NCBI GenBank assembly: GCA_038087875.1
Contig: CM075995.1
Location: 9,240,001-9,304,000 of the forward strand
Direction of reading: 5' to 3'
DNA from: Malacoraja senta
Lineage: Eukaryota
Length of the DNA stretch: 64,000 bases
Positions within the stretch are counted from its first letter, which is position 1. Each line of letters starts with the position of its first letter. Under the pieces are notes generated by a model. That model made no database searches. It was not told the DNA's origin and saw only the letters and a list, made by a program, of their open reading frames with translations. The translations under genes were made by a program, and so were the position numbers. Below, piece after piece: positions 41,001 through 51,899 of this stretch.

Positions 41001-44000
41001 AATAATTTGTGCATTCACCCATTTCACCAAAAAGTTGCCCATCAGGTTCCTATTAAATCTTAAGAAGGTACAGGAGCCTGAAGACTGTAACGTCCAGGTT
41101 CAGGAATAGCTACTTCCCCACAGTCATCAGGCTATTAAACACAACGAATAAGCTCTGAGCTCTGAACTGTAAAAGACTATATTATTATTATTAGTTATTT
41201 GTGCTATATTTGTCATTTATTGAACTTTTTCTTTTTTTCCCCGTTATATACATTGTTTACATATTGTGTTGTGCTGCAGCAAGTAAGAATGTCATTGTCC
41301 CATCCAGGACATATGACAATGAAACACTCTTGACTCTTTCCTCTCTCACCTTAAATCTATGTCCTCTGGTTCTTGATTCCTCTACCCTGAGCATTTCCCC
41401 GATCTATTCCTCTCATGATCTTGTACACCTCTATAAGATCACCCCTCAGCCTCCTGCGCTTCAACGAATAAAACCCTAGCTTGCTCAACCTCTCCCTGTA
41501 GCTCAGGCACGCGAGTCCAGCCTAGTTTAGTTTAGGTTATTCTCACGGGTGGCAAGGTACAGCGAACAGTTTTTGTTGTGCGCTAACCAGTCAGTGGAAA
41601 GATTACAATCAAGCTGTCCGCAGTGTACTGAAGCAGGATAAAGGGAATAATGTTTAGTGCAAGATAAAATCCAGTATAGTCTGATTAAAGACAGTCCGAA
41701 GGTCCCCACTAAGGTAGATGGCTGTCACGGTGGCGCAGCGATAGAGTTGCTGCCTTACAGCAAAATTCAGCGCTGGAGACCCGGGTTCCATCCCGACTAC
41801 GGGCGCTCTCTGTATGGAGTTTGTACGTTCTCCCCGTGACCTGCGTGGGTTTTCTCCGGGTGCTCCGGTTTCCTCCCACACTCCAAAGACGTGCAGGTTT
41901 GTAGGTTAATTGGCTCGGTGTAAATGTAAAAAAAATTGTCCAGTATAAAATTGTCCGTTCCAGTGCTGAGTGATGATCTACCTAGAGCTTTTCAGCGTAC
42001 TACATCCACATCCAGCTCAGGGCCGCTCTCTAGTTGGTCATAGGATGGTTCAGTTGCCTGATAACAGCTGGGAAGAAGCTGTCCATGAATCTGGAGGTGT
42101 GCGTTTTCACACTTCTGTACCTCTTGCCCGGCAATATCATAGAGTTATAGAGAATCTTACAGTGTGGATACAGGCCCTTCGGCCCAACTTGCCCACACCA
42201 GCCAACCTGTCCCATCTATGCTAGACCCTGCGTTTGGCCCGTATCCCTCTAAAGCTGTCCTCTCCATGAGCCTGTCTAAATGTTTCTTAAACTTTGCAAT
42301 AGTACCAGCCTCAACTACCTCCTCTGGCAGCTCATTTCTACAACCCTTTGTGTGGAAAAAGTTATCCCTCGGATACATTAAATCTTTGCCCCTTCACCTT
42401 AAACCCATGTCCTCTGGTCCTCGATTCCCCGACTCTGGGCAAGAGACTCTGTGCATCTACCCGATCTATTCCTCTCATGATTTTGTACACCTCTAGAAGA
42501 TCCCTACCTCGTCCTCCTACGCTCACAACCTGCTCACGTTCTCCCCAAAGCTCAGATCCCCCACATCCTTGTAATTCTCTGCACCCTAATCCCTGCAAAT
42601 CTCTGCATTTTTTCCACCACTTTCCTGCATTGCTGAGTGTTTCCAGCACTGTGTGCTTATGCTTATCTTTCTGAATTTCATCACTGACATTTTCTCATTT
42701 AACTTTACTTCGCTATGGGCAGCCCTGGTGAGCAAAGTCTAGTGCCCTCTGCTGTTACATGCTGCTCATGGTGTCAGGGGTTATGGGGAGAAGGCAGGAG
42801 AATGGGCTTAGAAAGGAGAGATAGATCAGTCATGATTCAATGGTAGACAGAAATGCTGGAGAAACTCAGCGGGTGAGGCAGAATCTATGGAGCGAAGGAA
42901 TAGGCGACGTTTCGGGTCGACACCCTTCTTCAGACTGATGTGGGGGTGGGGGGGGAGGGAAGAAGAAAGGAAGAGGCGGAGACAGTGGGCTGTGGGAGAG
43001 CTGGGAAGGGGAGGGGAAGGAAGGAGAAAGCAGGGACTACCTGAAATTGGAGAAGTCAATGTTCGTACCGCTGGGGTGTAAACTACTCAAGCAAAATATG
43101 AGGTGCTGCTCCTCCATTCACTCTGGCCATGGAGGAGGCCCAGGACAGAAAGGTCGGATTCGGAATGGGAGGGGGCGTTGAAGTGCTGAGCCACCGGGAG
43201 ATCAGGTTGGTTATTGCGAACCAAGCGGAGGTGTTGGGCGAAGCGATCGCCAAGCCTACTTGGTCTCACCGATGTCATGATTCAATGGTGGAGTAGACCT
43301 GATGGGACAAATGGCCTAATTCTGCACTTTTTAGTTACGAAGTTCTGCTCTCACAATCTTATATACCTCTACCCAGGTTGCCCTTCAACCTCCAACTTTC
43401 CAGATAAAACAAGCCAAAATTGTTCAACCTCTTACAGTTTATAAATACCCTCTAATCCAGGCAGCATTCGGGTAAAACTCCCCTGCACCCTCTCCAAAGC
43501 AGCCACACCCTTCCTGTAATGGGGTGCCCACAACTACACGCAATATTCCAAACGTAGCCAAACCCAAGTCCTGACTCCTTTACTCTAAGCAAACATATCA
43601 TTCCTCCTTCTTTACAATTCTCTCTGCTTGTGTTGCCACTTTCAGGGATCATCTGTGTTACGCAGTTTAGACTTTAGTGGGCCTCTTTGCCCTCCGAGTC
43701 CGCGCCGTCCAGCGATCACCCTGTACACTAGAACTATCCTACACACCAGGGACAATTTACAATTTTACCGAAGCCAATTAACCTGCAAACCTGCACGTCT
43801 TTGGAGTGTGGGAGGAAACCGGAGCGCCCGGAGAAAACCCACGCAGGTCACGGGGAGAACGTGCAACCTCCGTAGAAACAGCACCCGTAGTCAGGATCGA
43901 ACCCGGGTCTCTGGCGCTGGGAGGCAGTAATTGGAGCGGCCATCACACAGCCCAGGGTTGTGATGGGCTAAACTGGAATTTAGAAGGATGAGAGGCAATC

Positions 44001-47000
44001 CCATTGAAACATATAAGATTGTTAAGGGCTTGGACACGCTAGAGGCAGGAAACATGTTCCCGATGTTGGGGGAGTCCAGAACCAGGGGCCACAGTTTAAG
44101 AATAAGGGGCAAGTCATTTAGAACGGAGACGAGGAAACACTTTTTCTCACAGAGAGTTGTGAGTCTGTGGAATTCTCTGCCTCAGAGGGCGGTGGAGGCC
44201 GGTTCTCTGCATGCTTTCAAGAGAGAGTTAGATAGGGCTCTTAAAAATAGCGTAGTCAGGGGATATGGGGAGAAGGCAGGAACGGGGTACTGATTGGGGA
44301 TGATCAGCCATGATCACATTGAATGGCGGTGCTGGCTGGAAGGGCCGAATGGCCTACTCCTGCACCTATTGTCTATTGTCTGTCCCAGCTACGATCCCAA
44401 TTACCAGCCGTCTGTGTGGACTTTGTACCTTCTCCCTGTGGCTCTGTGGGAGTTTTCTATGGGCGCTCCCGTTTCCTCCCACACTTCAACGTGCAAACTC
44501 CACACACACAGAGCACCCAAGGTCAGGATCGAACCCGGTTCTCTGGCGCTGTGTGGCAGCAGCTCTACCCGCTGCACCATTGTGTCACCCCAATTTGTAT
44601 AAATGGACGAGGAAACAAAGAACTACAGATGATAGACACAAAGTGCTGGTGTAACTCAGCGGGTTAGGCAGCATCTCTGGAGAAAAATGGTGGGTGACCT
44701 TTAAGTCCGGGACCCTTTTTCAGAATCAAAAATAGATGCTTGATAATCAATAGACAATAGGTGCAGGAGTAGGCCATTCGGTTCAGTTCAGTTTCAGTTG
44801 AGTTTACTGTCACGTGTACCGAGGTACAGTGACAACCTTCTTGCTCGCTAACCAGTCAGTAGAAAGACAATACATGATTACAATCGAGCCATTCGCAGTG
44901 TACAGATACATGATAAGGGAATAACATGATCACATTGAATGGCGGTGCTGGCTCGAAGGGACGAATGGCCTACTCCTGCACCTATTGTCTATTGTCTAAT
45001 AATGTTTAGTGCAAGGTAAAGTCCGATCAAATATAGTCCGAGGATCCCCGATGAGGTAGATAGTAGTTCAGGACCGCTCTCGGGTTGGTGGTAGGATGAT
45101 TCAGTTGCCTGATAACAGCTGGGAAGAAACTGTCCCTGAAACTGGAACTTGATGTTCGGCGAGCACTCAGTGGGTTGCAGAGCCCATTTTCACGCTGTGT
45201 CTTTCTGACTGTATGGCAAATAAAGTGGTCTGGGCTCTCGTGAATGTGAAATGCAAGGTGTAACTGTGGTTCTTCCTTGCTTCTCGTTGCAGCACACCAT
45301 GGTACTGCCGCTGGTCCTGTTGGAACTCTTCATCTCCCAGCACCGGTATCCAACACGAAGAACTGGACTCCTCATCCTGGGGACCGTCTCCATCTCTTAT
45401 CTACTTTGGTAGGGACTGCGCGAAGGCACAGAAACGATACGCAGGTCCACCACCTAATTTACAGCACCCTTGGTTCCAGAACCTTGCCGGACCAACAGTG
45501 GTCACGGCCTCCGAGATACCGGCCCATAGAGTCGGTCTCGGGAACGGATCTGCCGGCTCCGGCCTCGGCCCCGGCCGCAGGGTGGGGGGGGGGTGCATAT
45601 TCCACCCGCCGATCGGTCGCGGAAGTCCCTATGAGGTCGAGATCGACCGGTCGCCTCTCCCGGCCTAGGGGACACATTTCCGGTGGGACTTTTGTAATTT
45701 TGTCCAGATTAAAGGAGGTGCCGGACTACCAGTTACTGGACCTTGTGGTGGACCTGGTATGGACACCATTACATGGTGATGTTGAAATCTCTAATCACTG
45801 CAATCCCTGCACATGGAGTCGTACAGTGTGAAAACAGGCCCTTTGCCCACTGGGTCCACGCGGCCACAGGGAGAATGTGCAAACTCCACACAGACAGCAC
45901 CCGTAGTCAGGATCGAACACAGGTCTCTAATGCTATGAGGCAGCAGCTCTACCCGCTGCATCACTGAGCCGCCCCAATGTTGGTATGGTAAAAATGATCT
46001 AGTAATGGTGACCGAGTTGTGGCATCACCTGATGGTCAGATCACTTACTGCCGATCCCTCGTCAGTGGTTACGAGGACTGTCGCGTGACGTCATGGGTCA
46101 AGGGGAGTGTCCGGCTACATCAGCAGATCTTACCTTGAGATCACCAGTCAACAGGTAACTGAGCCCGAGTCAACACCCTCGCTCGCTCAGCGGCAGCAGC
46201 AATGATTCAATAGTCAGAGAATCCCAAACGCACATGTATGGCAAACTTATCTCACCCAATAAAGTATCCGTTTGATCACAAAGTTTGGACTGGCTCAAAG
46301 TCACCATTGCTGTGGAACCATTCCAGAGGTCTATCTAATCTTTTCCTGTCCACCACAGTATAATTATTTATGAACATTCTTCTGCCCACCCAATTAATCT
46401 TTATATAATCATCTTCCACATATTTCTTCAGTCAGAGGGTGGTGAATCTGTGGAATTCATTGCCCCAGACAGCGGTGGAGGCCAAGTCAATGGGTATTTT
46501 TAAGGCAGAGATAGATAGATTGTTGATTAGTACGGGTGTCAGGGGTTATGGGGAGAAGGCAGGAGAATGGGGTTGAGGGGGAATGATAGATGATTGACTG
46601 GTGGAGTAGATTTGATGGGCTGAATGGCCTAATTCTGCTCCTAGAACATATGAACCTTTGAAACCCCCATGGTCAATCCTTTTCAAATGATTTTATTGGG
46701 GGGGTCCGTTTTCCTAACACAGGAGACCACGTTAGGTCTTGTGAATGCTTAGTTCTTGTCGAAGTTAAAGTCATGGAGTCATTGAGATTGATGAAGGTGG
46801 GCCAGTGGATGTTGTGTAAATGGATTTTAGTCAGGCTTGTGATAAGATCCTTCACGGTAGGCTGATCCAAACTGTGTTAAGGGCCTGTCCCACTTGGGCG
46901 ACCTAATCCGCGAGTTCTGGTGAGTTTGCCCTCGAATCCAGAACCAGGGGCCACAGTTTAAGAATAAGGAGTAAGCTATTTAGAACGGAGACAAGGAAAC

Positions 47001-50000
47001 ACCTTTTCACACAGAGAGTGGTGAGTCTGTGGAATTCTCTGCCTCAGAGGGCGGTGGAGGCAGGTTCTCTGGATGCTTTCAAGAGAGAGCTAGATAGGGC
47101 TCTTAAAGATAGCGGAGTCAGGGGATATGGGGAGAAGGCAGGAACGGGGTACTGATTGGGGATGATCAGCCATGATCACATTGAATGGCTCGAAGGGCCG
47201 AATGGCCTACTCCTGCACCTATTGTCTATTGTCTATTGACTCATACTCGCAGCATGGTTGACACGGGGTCGTAGGAGGTCTTCGTAACTCTCCTTCATGC
47301 TCGAGAGGTCTTCGTAACTCTCCTTCATGCTCCGCGAACTCGAGGCCTCAGCTAGGTCGCGGCGTTTTTTCAATATGTTAAAAAAAGCCCGCGAGTAAAA
47401 AAAGGTCGCCATGGAAAAAATCTATACTTTTTTTACTCGTAGGTTTAGTCATAATAGGTCGTAGCAGGTCGTAGCAGGTCACCATGTTAGTCATAGGTAA
47501 TCGAGGGTAGTCGAAGATAGTCGTAGATAGTCTTCATCATAGTCGAAGGGAGGTCAAAGGGAGGTCGAAGGAGGTCGTCTTCACTCTCCACTATTTGGCG
47601 TCCAATTTTCCCGAAGTTAGTCGAAGCTGGTCTTCAACATAGTCGAAGGAGGTCGAAGGAGGTCTTCAACATGTCATTTTTTCAAACTCTTCTAACCTCG
47701 CCAATTAGGTCGCCCAAGTGGGACAGCCCCTTAAGATGTATGGGATTCACAATGACTTGGGGGTGGAAGATTGCAACCTTCACGTGGTCCGCCCTGTTTC
47801 AACGAATGCAATCAACCTGGCGTGTACAATCAAATCAGATCAAATCCTACAACTTTAGGCTGTGCACGCCATAAGCAGGAAGAAGACAATGACTTGGTCG
47901 TATGGATCTGGAACTGGCTTATTCATAGAAGACAGAGGGTTGGGGTGGAAGGTAGATATTCAGGCTGCAGGTCTGTGACCAGTGGAGTTCCACACACATC
48001 TGTGCTGGGACCTCTGCTGTTTGTGATATATATATAAATGACTTGGACTTAAATGAAAATGGGGTGCTGAGTAAGTTTGCTGATGACACCGAAGTTGGAG
48101 GAGTTGCAGGCAGTGAGGAATGCTGTCAGAAAGTACGCGGTAATGGGCAGAGAAATGGCAGATGGAGTTTAACCCGGTTCTCGGGATACTTTCAAGAGAG
48201 AGCTAGATAGGGCCCTTAAAGATAGTGGAGTCAGGGGATATGGGGAAAAGGCAGGAACGGGGTACTGATTGGGGATGATCAGCCATGATCACATTGAATG
48301 GCGGTGCTGGCTCAAAGGGCCGAATGGCCCACTCCTGCACCTATTGTCTATTGATACACAGAAACCCCAACTAGTTATCAGTTTTGGAATTCCTCGTATG
48401 TTACAAAACATACTTGGCAAATAAAGCACTATTCTGATTCTGTTTCTGATGTGCAGGGAGGAACTGCAGATGCTGGTTTAAACCGGTTAGACACAAAAAG
48501 CTGGAGTTTTTCAGCGGGACAGGCAGCATCTCAGGAGAGAAGGAATGGGTGGTGTTTCGGGTCGAGATCAGTCTGAAGAAGGGTCTTGACCCGAAAGGTC
48601 ACCCATTCCTCACCAGAGATGCTGCCTGTCCCGCTGAGTTACCCCAGCATTTTGTGTCTACCATCAGTTTCTGATGATATGATGAAGACAGAGGGTTGGG
48701 GTGGAAGGTAGATATTCAGTTTCTGATGATATGATGAATTAATCAGACAAGATGCCTTCTGTTTCATACAGGGTTCTGTGGATTTATTACGCAGCTGGAG
48801 ACTGGGTCTATCCATTGCTGGGACTTTTTAATCAAACTGGCCTGGTGGTGTTTTTCTCATTCAGCCTTCTGTTGGTAATGCTTTTATACTTCCTGGGAGA
48901 GCAGCTCACCTTGTTAGTGTGGGGTGAGTAATTATTCACTTTCGTTTTGTTAAATTTGTGATACAGCGTGGAAACATCAGGCCCTTCAGGCCACCGGGTC
49001 CGCGCCGACCAGCGATTTACAGTTATTTACAAAGCTGTACGTCTTATGAGTGTTGGAGGAATCCGGAACTCCCGGGGGAAAACCCACGCAGGTCACGGGG
49101 AGAACGTACAAACCACGTACAGACAGCACCCGTAGTCAGGATCGAACCCGGAACCAAGAAAACAGGGTTAACACAGGATTACATGGTGGTGCAGCGGGTA
49201 GGCCTGCTGCCTCACAGCGTCGATCTTGACTACGGATGTTGTCTGTACGGAGTTCGTGCGTTCCCCCTGTGACCACGTGGGTTTTCTCCGGGTGCTCCAG
49301 TTTCCTGCCACATCCCAAAGACCTGTGGATTCGTAGGTTAATTTAGACTTTAAAGATACAGTGCAGAAACAGGCCCTTCGGCCCACCGAGTCGGTGCCGA
49401 CCAGCGATCACCCTGTACCCCACCACTATCCTACACACTCAGGACAATTTATCATTTTTATGCTGCAAACCTGCACGTCTTTGGAGAAAAAAACCTCTAA
49501 TTAAATAAAACCAGAAAACTATTCTCCATCCTGAAACCGTTCCAGGGTTTAGTTTAGAAATACAGCGCGGAAACCGGCCCTTCAGCCCACTGAGTCCGTG
49601 CCGACCAGCGATCGCCCCGTACGTACACTAGTTTAGTTTAGAAATACAGCGCGGAAACAGGCCCTTCAGCCCACTGAGTCCACGCCTACCAGTGATCGCC
49701 CCGTACACTCGCACTATCCTAAACACTAGGGATTAACATTTATACAGAAGCCAGTTAACCTACAATCCTGCACGTCTTTGGAGTGTGAGAGGAAACCGGA
49801 CCTTCCGGTGAAAACCCACACAGTCACAGGGAAAAAGTACAAACTGCGCGCAGACAGCACCCGTAGTCAGGATCGAACCCGGGTCGCTGGCCGCTGTGAG
49901 GCAGCAGCTCTACCCGCTGCGCCACCATGCTGCCCAAGGAGGTTAACCAGAATGATGCCCAGATTAGGGGGGTATTATCTACAATTAGGGGGTGAACAGA

Positions 50001-51899
50001 CATGGGTTGTTTCCTCTGGAACATTAGAAGTTGTGGGGGAGGACCTGATGGAAGTATATAACATGATGAGAGGCATAGATAGGGTGGACAGTCAGAACCT
50101 TTTCCCCAGGGTGGAAATATGAAATACTAGAGGACATAGCTTTAAGGTGAGAGGGGCAAGGTTTAAAGGAGATAGATGTGTGGGGCAGGTTTATTACACT
50201 GAAGGTGGTGGGGGCCTGGAGCGTGCTGCTAGTGTTGGCGATGGAGGCAGATATAATTGTCTGTGTCTGTGTCTGTGTCTGTGTCTGTGTCTGTGTCTGT
50301 GTCTATATCTGTGTCTGTGTCTGTGTCTGTGTCTGTGTCTGTGTCTGTGTCTGTGTCTATGTCTGTGTCTGTGTCTGTGTCTGTGTCTGTGTCTATATCT
50401 GTGTCTGTGTCTATATCTGTGTCTGTGTCTGTGTCTGTGTCTGTGTCTGTGTCTGTGTCTATATCTGTGTCTGTGTCTGTGTCTGTGTCTGTGTCTGTGT
50501 CTGTGTCTGTGTCTATGTCTGTGTCTGTGTCTGTGTCTGTGTCTATATCTGTGTCTGTGTCTATATCTGTGTCTGTGTCTGTGTCTGTGTCTGTGTCTGT
50601 GTCTGTGTCTAATCTGTGTCTGTGTCTGTGTCTATATCTGTGTCTGTGTCTGTGTCTGTGTCTGTGTCTGTGTCTGTGTCTGTGTCTGTGTCTGTGTCTG
50701 TGTCTATATCTGTGTCTGTGTCTGTGTCTGTGTCTGTCTATAATCTGTGTCTGTGTCTGTGTCTGTGTCTGTGTCTGTGTCTGTGTCTATAATCTGTGTC
50801 TGTGTCTGTGTCTGTGTCTATGTCTGTGTCTAGTGGTGTTTCAGCCTTTGGATCAGCAGGGAATGATGGATATGGAACATGTGCAGCTGTTAAGAGATGA
50901 TCTCTGACACAGACATTATGTTCCCCTGCTGTACTGTTCTAGGTTCTATGTTTTATGTTCTACCTCCTCTGGCAGCTCATTCCATTCACCCACTACCCTC
51001 TAAGTGGAAAGGTTGCCCCACAGGTTCCTATTAAATCATTCCCCTCTCACTTTAAACCTATGCCCTCTAGTTTTAGATTCCCCTACCCTGGTATAAAGAC
51101 TTTATGGGATCACCTTATCGATTCCACTTATGATTGTACACACTCTATAAGATCACCCCTCATCCTCCTGCACTCCATGAAATAGAGTCCTAGCCTGCTC
51201 AACCTCTCCCTGTAGCTCAGGTCTCCGAGTCCTGGCAGCATCCTCCTAAATCTTCTCTGCACCCATTCCAGCTTCTTTGACCTTGACCATCGACCACTAT
51301 TAGATATTTCACAATTTCTCGTGCTTGTAACAATTATGAAACAATACTGACTAATAGACACTCAAGAAACTGCAGATGCTGGTTTGCTACAAAAGGACAG
51401 AGTGCTGGAGTAACTCAGCGGGTCAGGCAGCATCTGTGGACAACATGGATAGGTGACGTTTCACAGAGTGCTGGAGTAACTCAGCGGGTCAGGCAGCATC
51501 TGTGGAGAACATGGATAGGTGACGTTTCACAGAGTGGTGGAGTAACTCAGCGGGTCAGGCAGCATCTGTGGAGAACATGGATAGGTGACGTTTCACAGAG
51601 TGCTGGAGTAAGATGATAGGACAGGTTACGAGGGATATAAGCCAAAATGGAGCTTAGATTGCAATCATGAACTAATTGATTGAGGAGCAGAGTTGGAAGG
51701 GGTGGAGGGACCACCCAGATCTTATGTTGCTGCGTTCCTACACAGCAGGCCCGTGGGACTAGTGTAGATGGGACATGTTGGTTGGTGTGAACAAGTTGGG
51801 CCGAAGGGCCCGTTTTCACACTGTATGACTCTATGACACCAATCAACCATTTATATCTGTTTCTTTTCAGGTTTAACAGGAAAAGCAAAGAGATCATAA
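22934..51899 (+). CDS. ADTRP: ADTRP-like (AIG1/ADTRP family multi-pass membrane Thr-hydrolase), spliced CDS join(22934..23089,32385..32501,34865..34966,45293..45408,48772..48923,51871..51899), 223 aa
   Basis: Six exons with AG/GT boundaries and compatible phases (0,0,0,2,1) sum to 672 nt, open to TAA. Motifs WKYLTFLNL, RDLFFSVLVFPVGT, WVNHAVHT, HRYP, WVYP and LGEQL match the AIG1/ADTRP family. The N-terminal FH...WY pattern favours ADTRP over AIG1 (recalled sequences). Confidence 0.9.
27485..29268 (-). mobile_element. CR1 LINE fragment, decayed (ADTRP intron 1)
   Basis: Consecutive RT ORF pieces 28611..29204, 28303..28581, 28012..28221, 27639..27914. Confidence 0.93.
30795..32055 (-). mobile_element. 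CR1 LINE fragment (ADTRP intron 1)
   Basis: ORF 30938..31861 RT motifs; (AGACAAT)n tail. Confidence 0.93.
32385..32501 (+). CDS. ADTRP: ADTRP coding exon 2: FLQMIFNGLCILSDIQKQASWILCLRDLFFSVLVFPVGT
   Basis: ttgttccctag| acceptor, ACT|gtaagt donor, 117 nt, phase 0-0. Confidence 0.9.
32640..32891 (-). mobile_element. Possible solo LTR (about 250 bp)
   Basis: Minus strand starts TGTAGTGG, is CpG-rich, has AATAAA about 65 nt before a CA end; no clean TSD. Confidence 0.45.
33901..34707. mobile_element. Tc1/mariner-pogo (Tigger-like) MITE interrupted by CR1 pieces
   Basis: TA|CAGGTCAACCACTGATTTTCCAGCA ... TGCCGGAAAGTCACTGGTGGACCTG|TA. Confidence 0.75.
34865..34966 (+). CDS. ADTRP: ADTRP coding exon 3: FVVASFWILFTLDRSLVYPEALDKFIPLWVNHAV
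   Basis: gtccttttcag| acceptor, GTG|gtaagt donor, 102 nt. Confidence 0.93.
35015..36142 (+). mobile_element. Penelope-like element fragment (RT C-terminus plus GIY-YIG)
   Basis: FLDL..TDIYYKPTDSHGYLDY and NLIYCIRCSMCQLLYIGETKRRLGDRF; ends in a degenerate hammerhead core at 36116. Confidence 0.92.
36385..36990 (-). mobile_element. Rex1/Babar-type 3' end, representative of a multi-copy family (also about 5905-6380, 18530-18870, 24750-24975, 41525-42130, 44780-45145, 55425-56067)
   Basis: LPSIDSIY..RC..KA..IIKD.SHPG.SLF..LPSGKR...RFRDSFFPAVIRQLN; (TAAAC)n tail. Confidence 0.8.
37020..37073 (+). ncRNA. Minimal HDV-like ribozyme, family A (slightly decayed)
   Basis: Same register as 47760. P1 GGGCTGG/CCACCCT (1 mismatch), P2 GAATGCA/TGCAATC (1 mismatch), P3 ACC/GGT, L3 TTCACGT, J4/2 CTAA. 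Confidence 0.75.
37020..37157 (+). mobile_element. 138-bp ribozyme-headed, GAA-tailed retroposon (family A)
   Basis: TSD tgaccaaaa(a)ctg at 37009 and 37158; tail aagaagaagaaga; homologous to the 47760 copy. Confidence 0.85.
38000..38680 (-). mobile_element. CR1 LINE 3' fragment
   Basis: ORF 38107..38655. Other short CR1 3' ends at about 4983-5270, 7933-8332, 23685-24210, 25695-26145, 40097-40478, 43970-44380 and 56876-57410. Confidence 0.9.
39172..39697 (-). mobile_element. Penelope-like 3' fragment (second subfamily); further fragments at 42843-43273 and 54025-54590
   Basis: TKRRLGDRFTEHLRSV...VAKHFN motif plus terminal repeat. Confidence 0.85.
45293..45408 (+). CDS. ADTRP: ADTRP coding exon 4: HTMVLPLVLLELFISQHRYPTRRTGLLILGTVSISYLL(W)
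   Basis: ttctcgttgcag| acceptor, TTG|gtaggg donor, 116 nt; first codon is His126. Confidence 0.92.
45442..45756. mobile_element. Tigger-like MITE, inverted relative to 33901-34707
   Basis: TIR CAGGTCCACCAC...GTGGTGGACCTG; internal blocks are reverse complements of 34445-34690. Confidence 0.7.
46018..46357 (+). mobile_element. Possible solo LTR (340 bp)
   Basis: TGTGG...CCACA termini, perfect CRE TGACGTCA at 46086, AATAAA at 46258; no TSD found. Confidence 0.4.
46881..47730. mobile_element. Non-autonomous DNA transposon (Harbinger- or Kolobok-like) containing a nested CR1 3' end (about 46936-47238)
   Basis: TTAA|GGGCCTGTCCCACTTGGGCGACCTAAT ... ATTAGGTCGCCCAAGTGGGACAGCCCC|TTAA; a related end at about 58010-58032. 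Confidence 0.85.
47760..47813 (+). ncRNA. Minimal (P4-less) HDV-like self-cleaving ribozyme, family A
   Basis: P1 GGGGTGG/CCGCCCT (first pair G.U), P2 GATTGCA/TGCAATC, P3 ACC/GGT, L3 TTCACGT, J4/2 CGAA with putative catalytic C47803. Confidence 0.85.
47760..47885 (+). mobile_element. 126-bp ribozyme-headed, GAA-tailed non-autonomous retroposon (family A)
   Basis: TSD acaatgacttg(g) at 47749 and 47886; tail ggaagaag; inserted in an old CR1 fragment. Confidence 0.85.
48772..48923 (+). CDS. ADTRP: ADTRP coding exon 5: VLWIYYAAGDWVYPLLGLFNQTGLVVFFSFSLLLVMLLYFLGEQLTLLVW(G)
   Basis: tttcatacag| acceptor, GGG|gtgagt donor, 152 nt, phase 2-1. Confidence 0.92.
50259..50831. repeat. (TGTGTC)n hexamer microsatellite with TATATC variants
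   Basis: About 570 bp array read directly. Confidence 0.98.
51397..51611. repeat. 66-bp tandem repeat (about 3.2 copies) derived from Penelope terminal repeat
   Basis: Units start at 51401, 51467, 51533 and 51599. Confidence 0.92.
51871..51899 (+). CDS. ADTRP: ADTRP last coding exon: (G)LTGKAKRS*
   Basis: Strong acceptor tctgtttcttttcag|, phase 1, short basic C-terminal tail ending in TAA. Confidence 0.78.

Noticed and set aside
50147..50907. Long CL/CV/SV-repeat ORFs
   Set aside because: Translations of the (TGTGTC)n microsatellite.
51397..51611. CRISPR-like periodicity or tandem hammerhead array
   Set aside because: Eukaryotic DNA, no unique spacers, and the CTGANGA box is missing.
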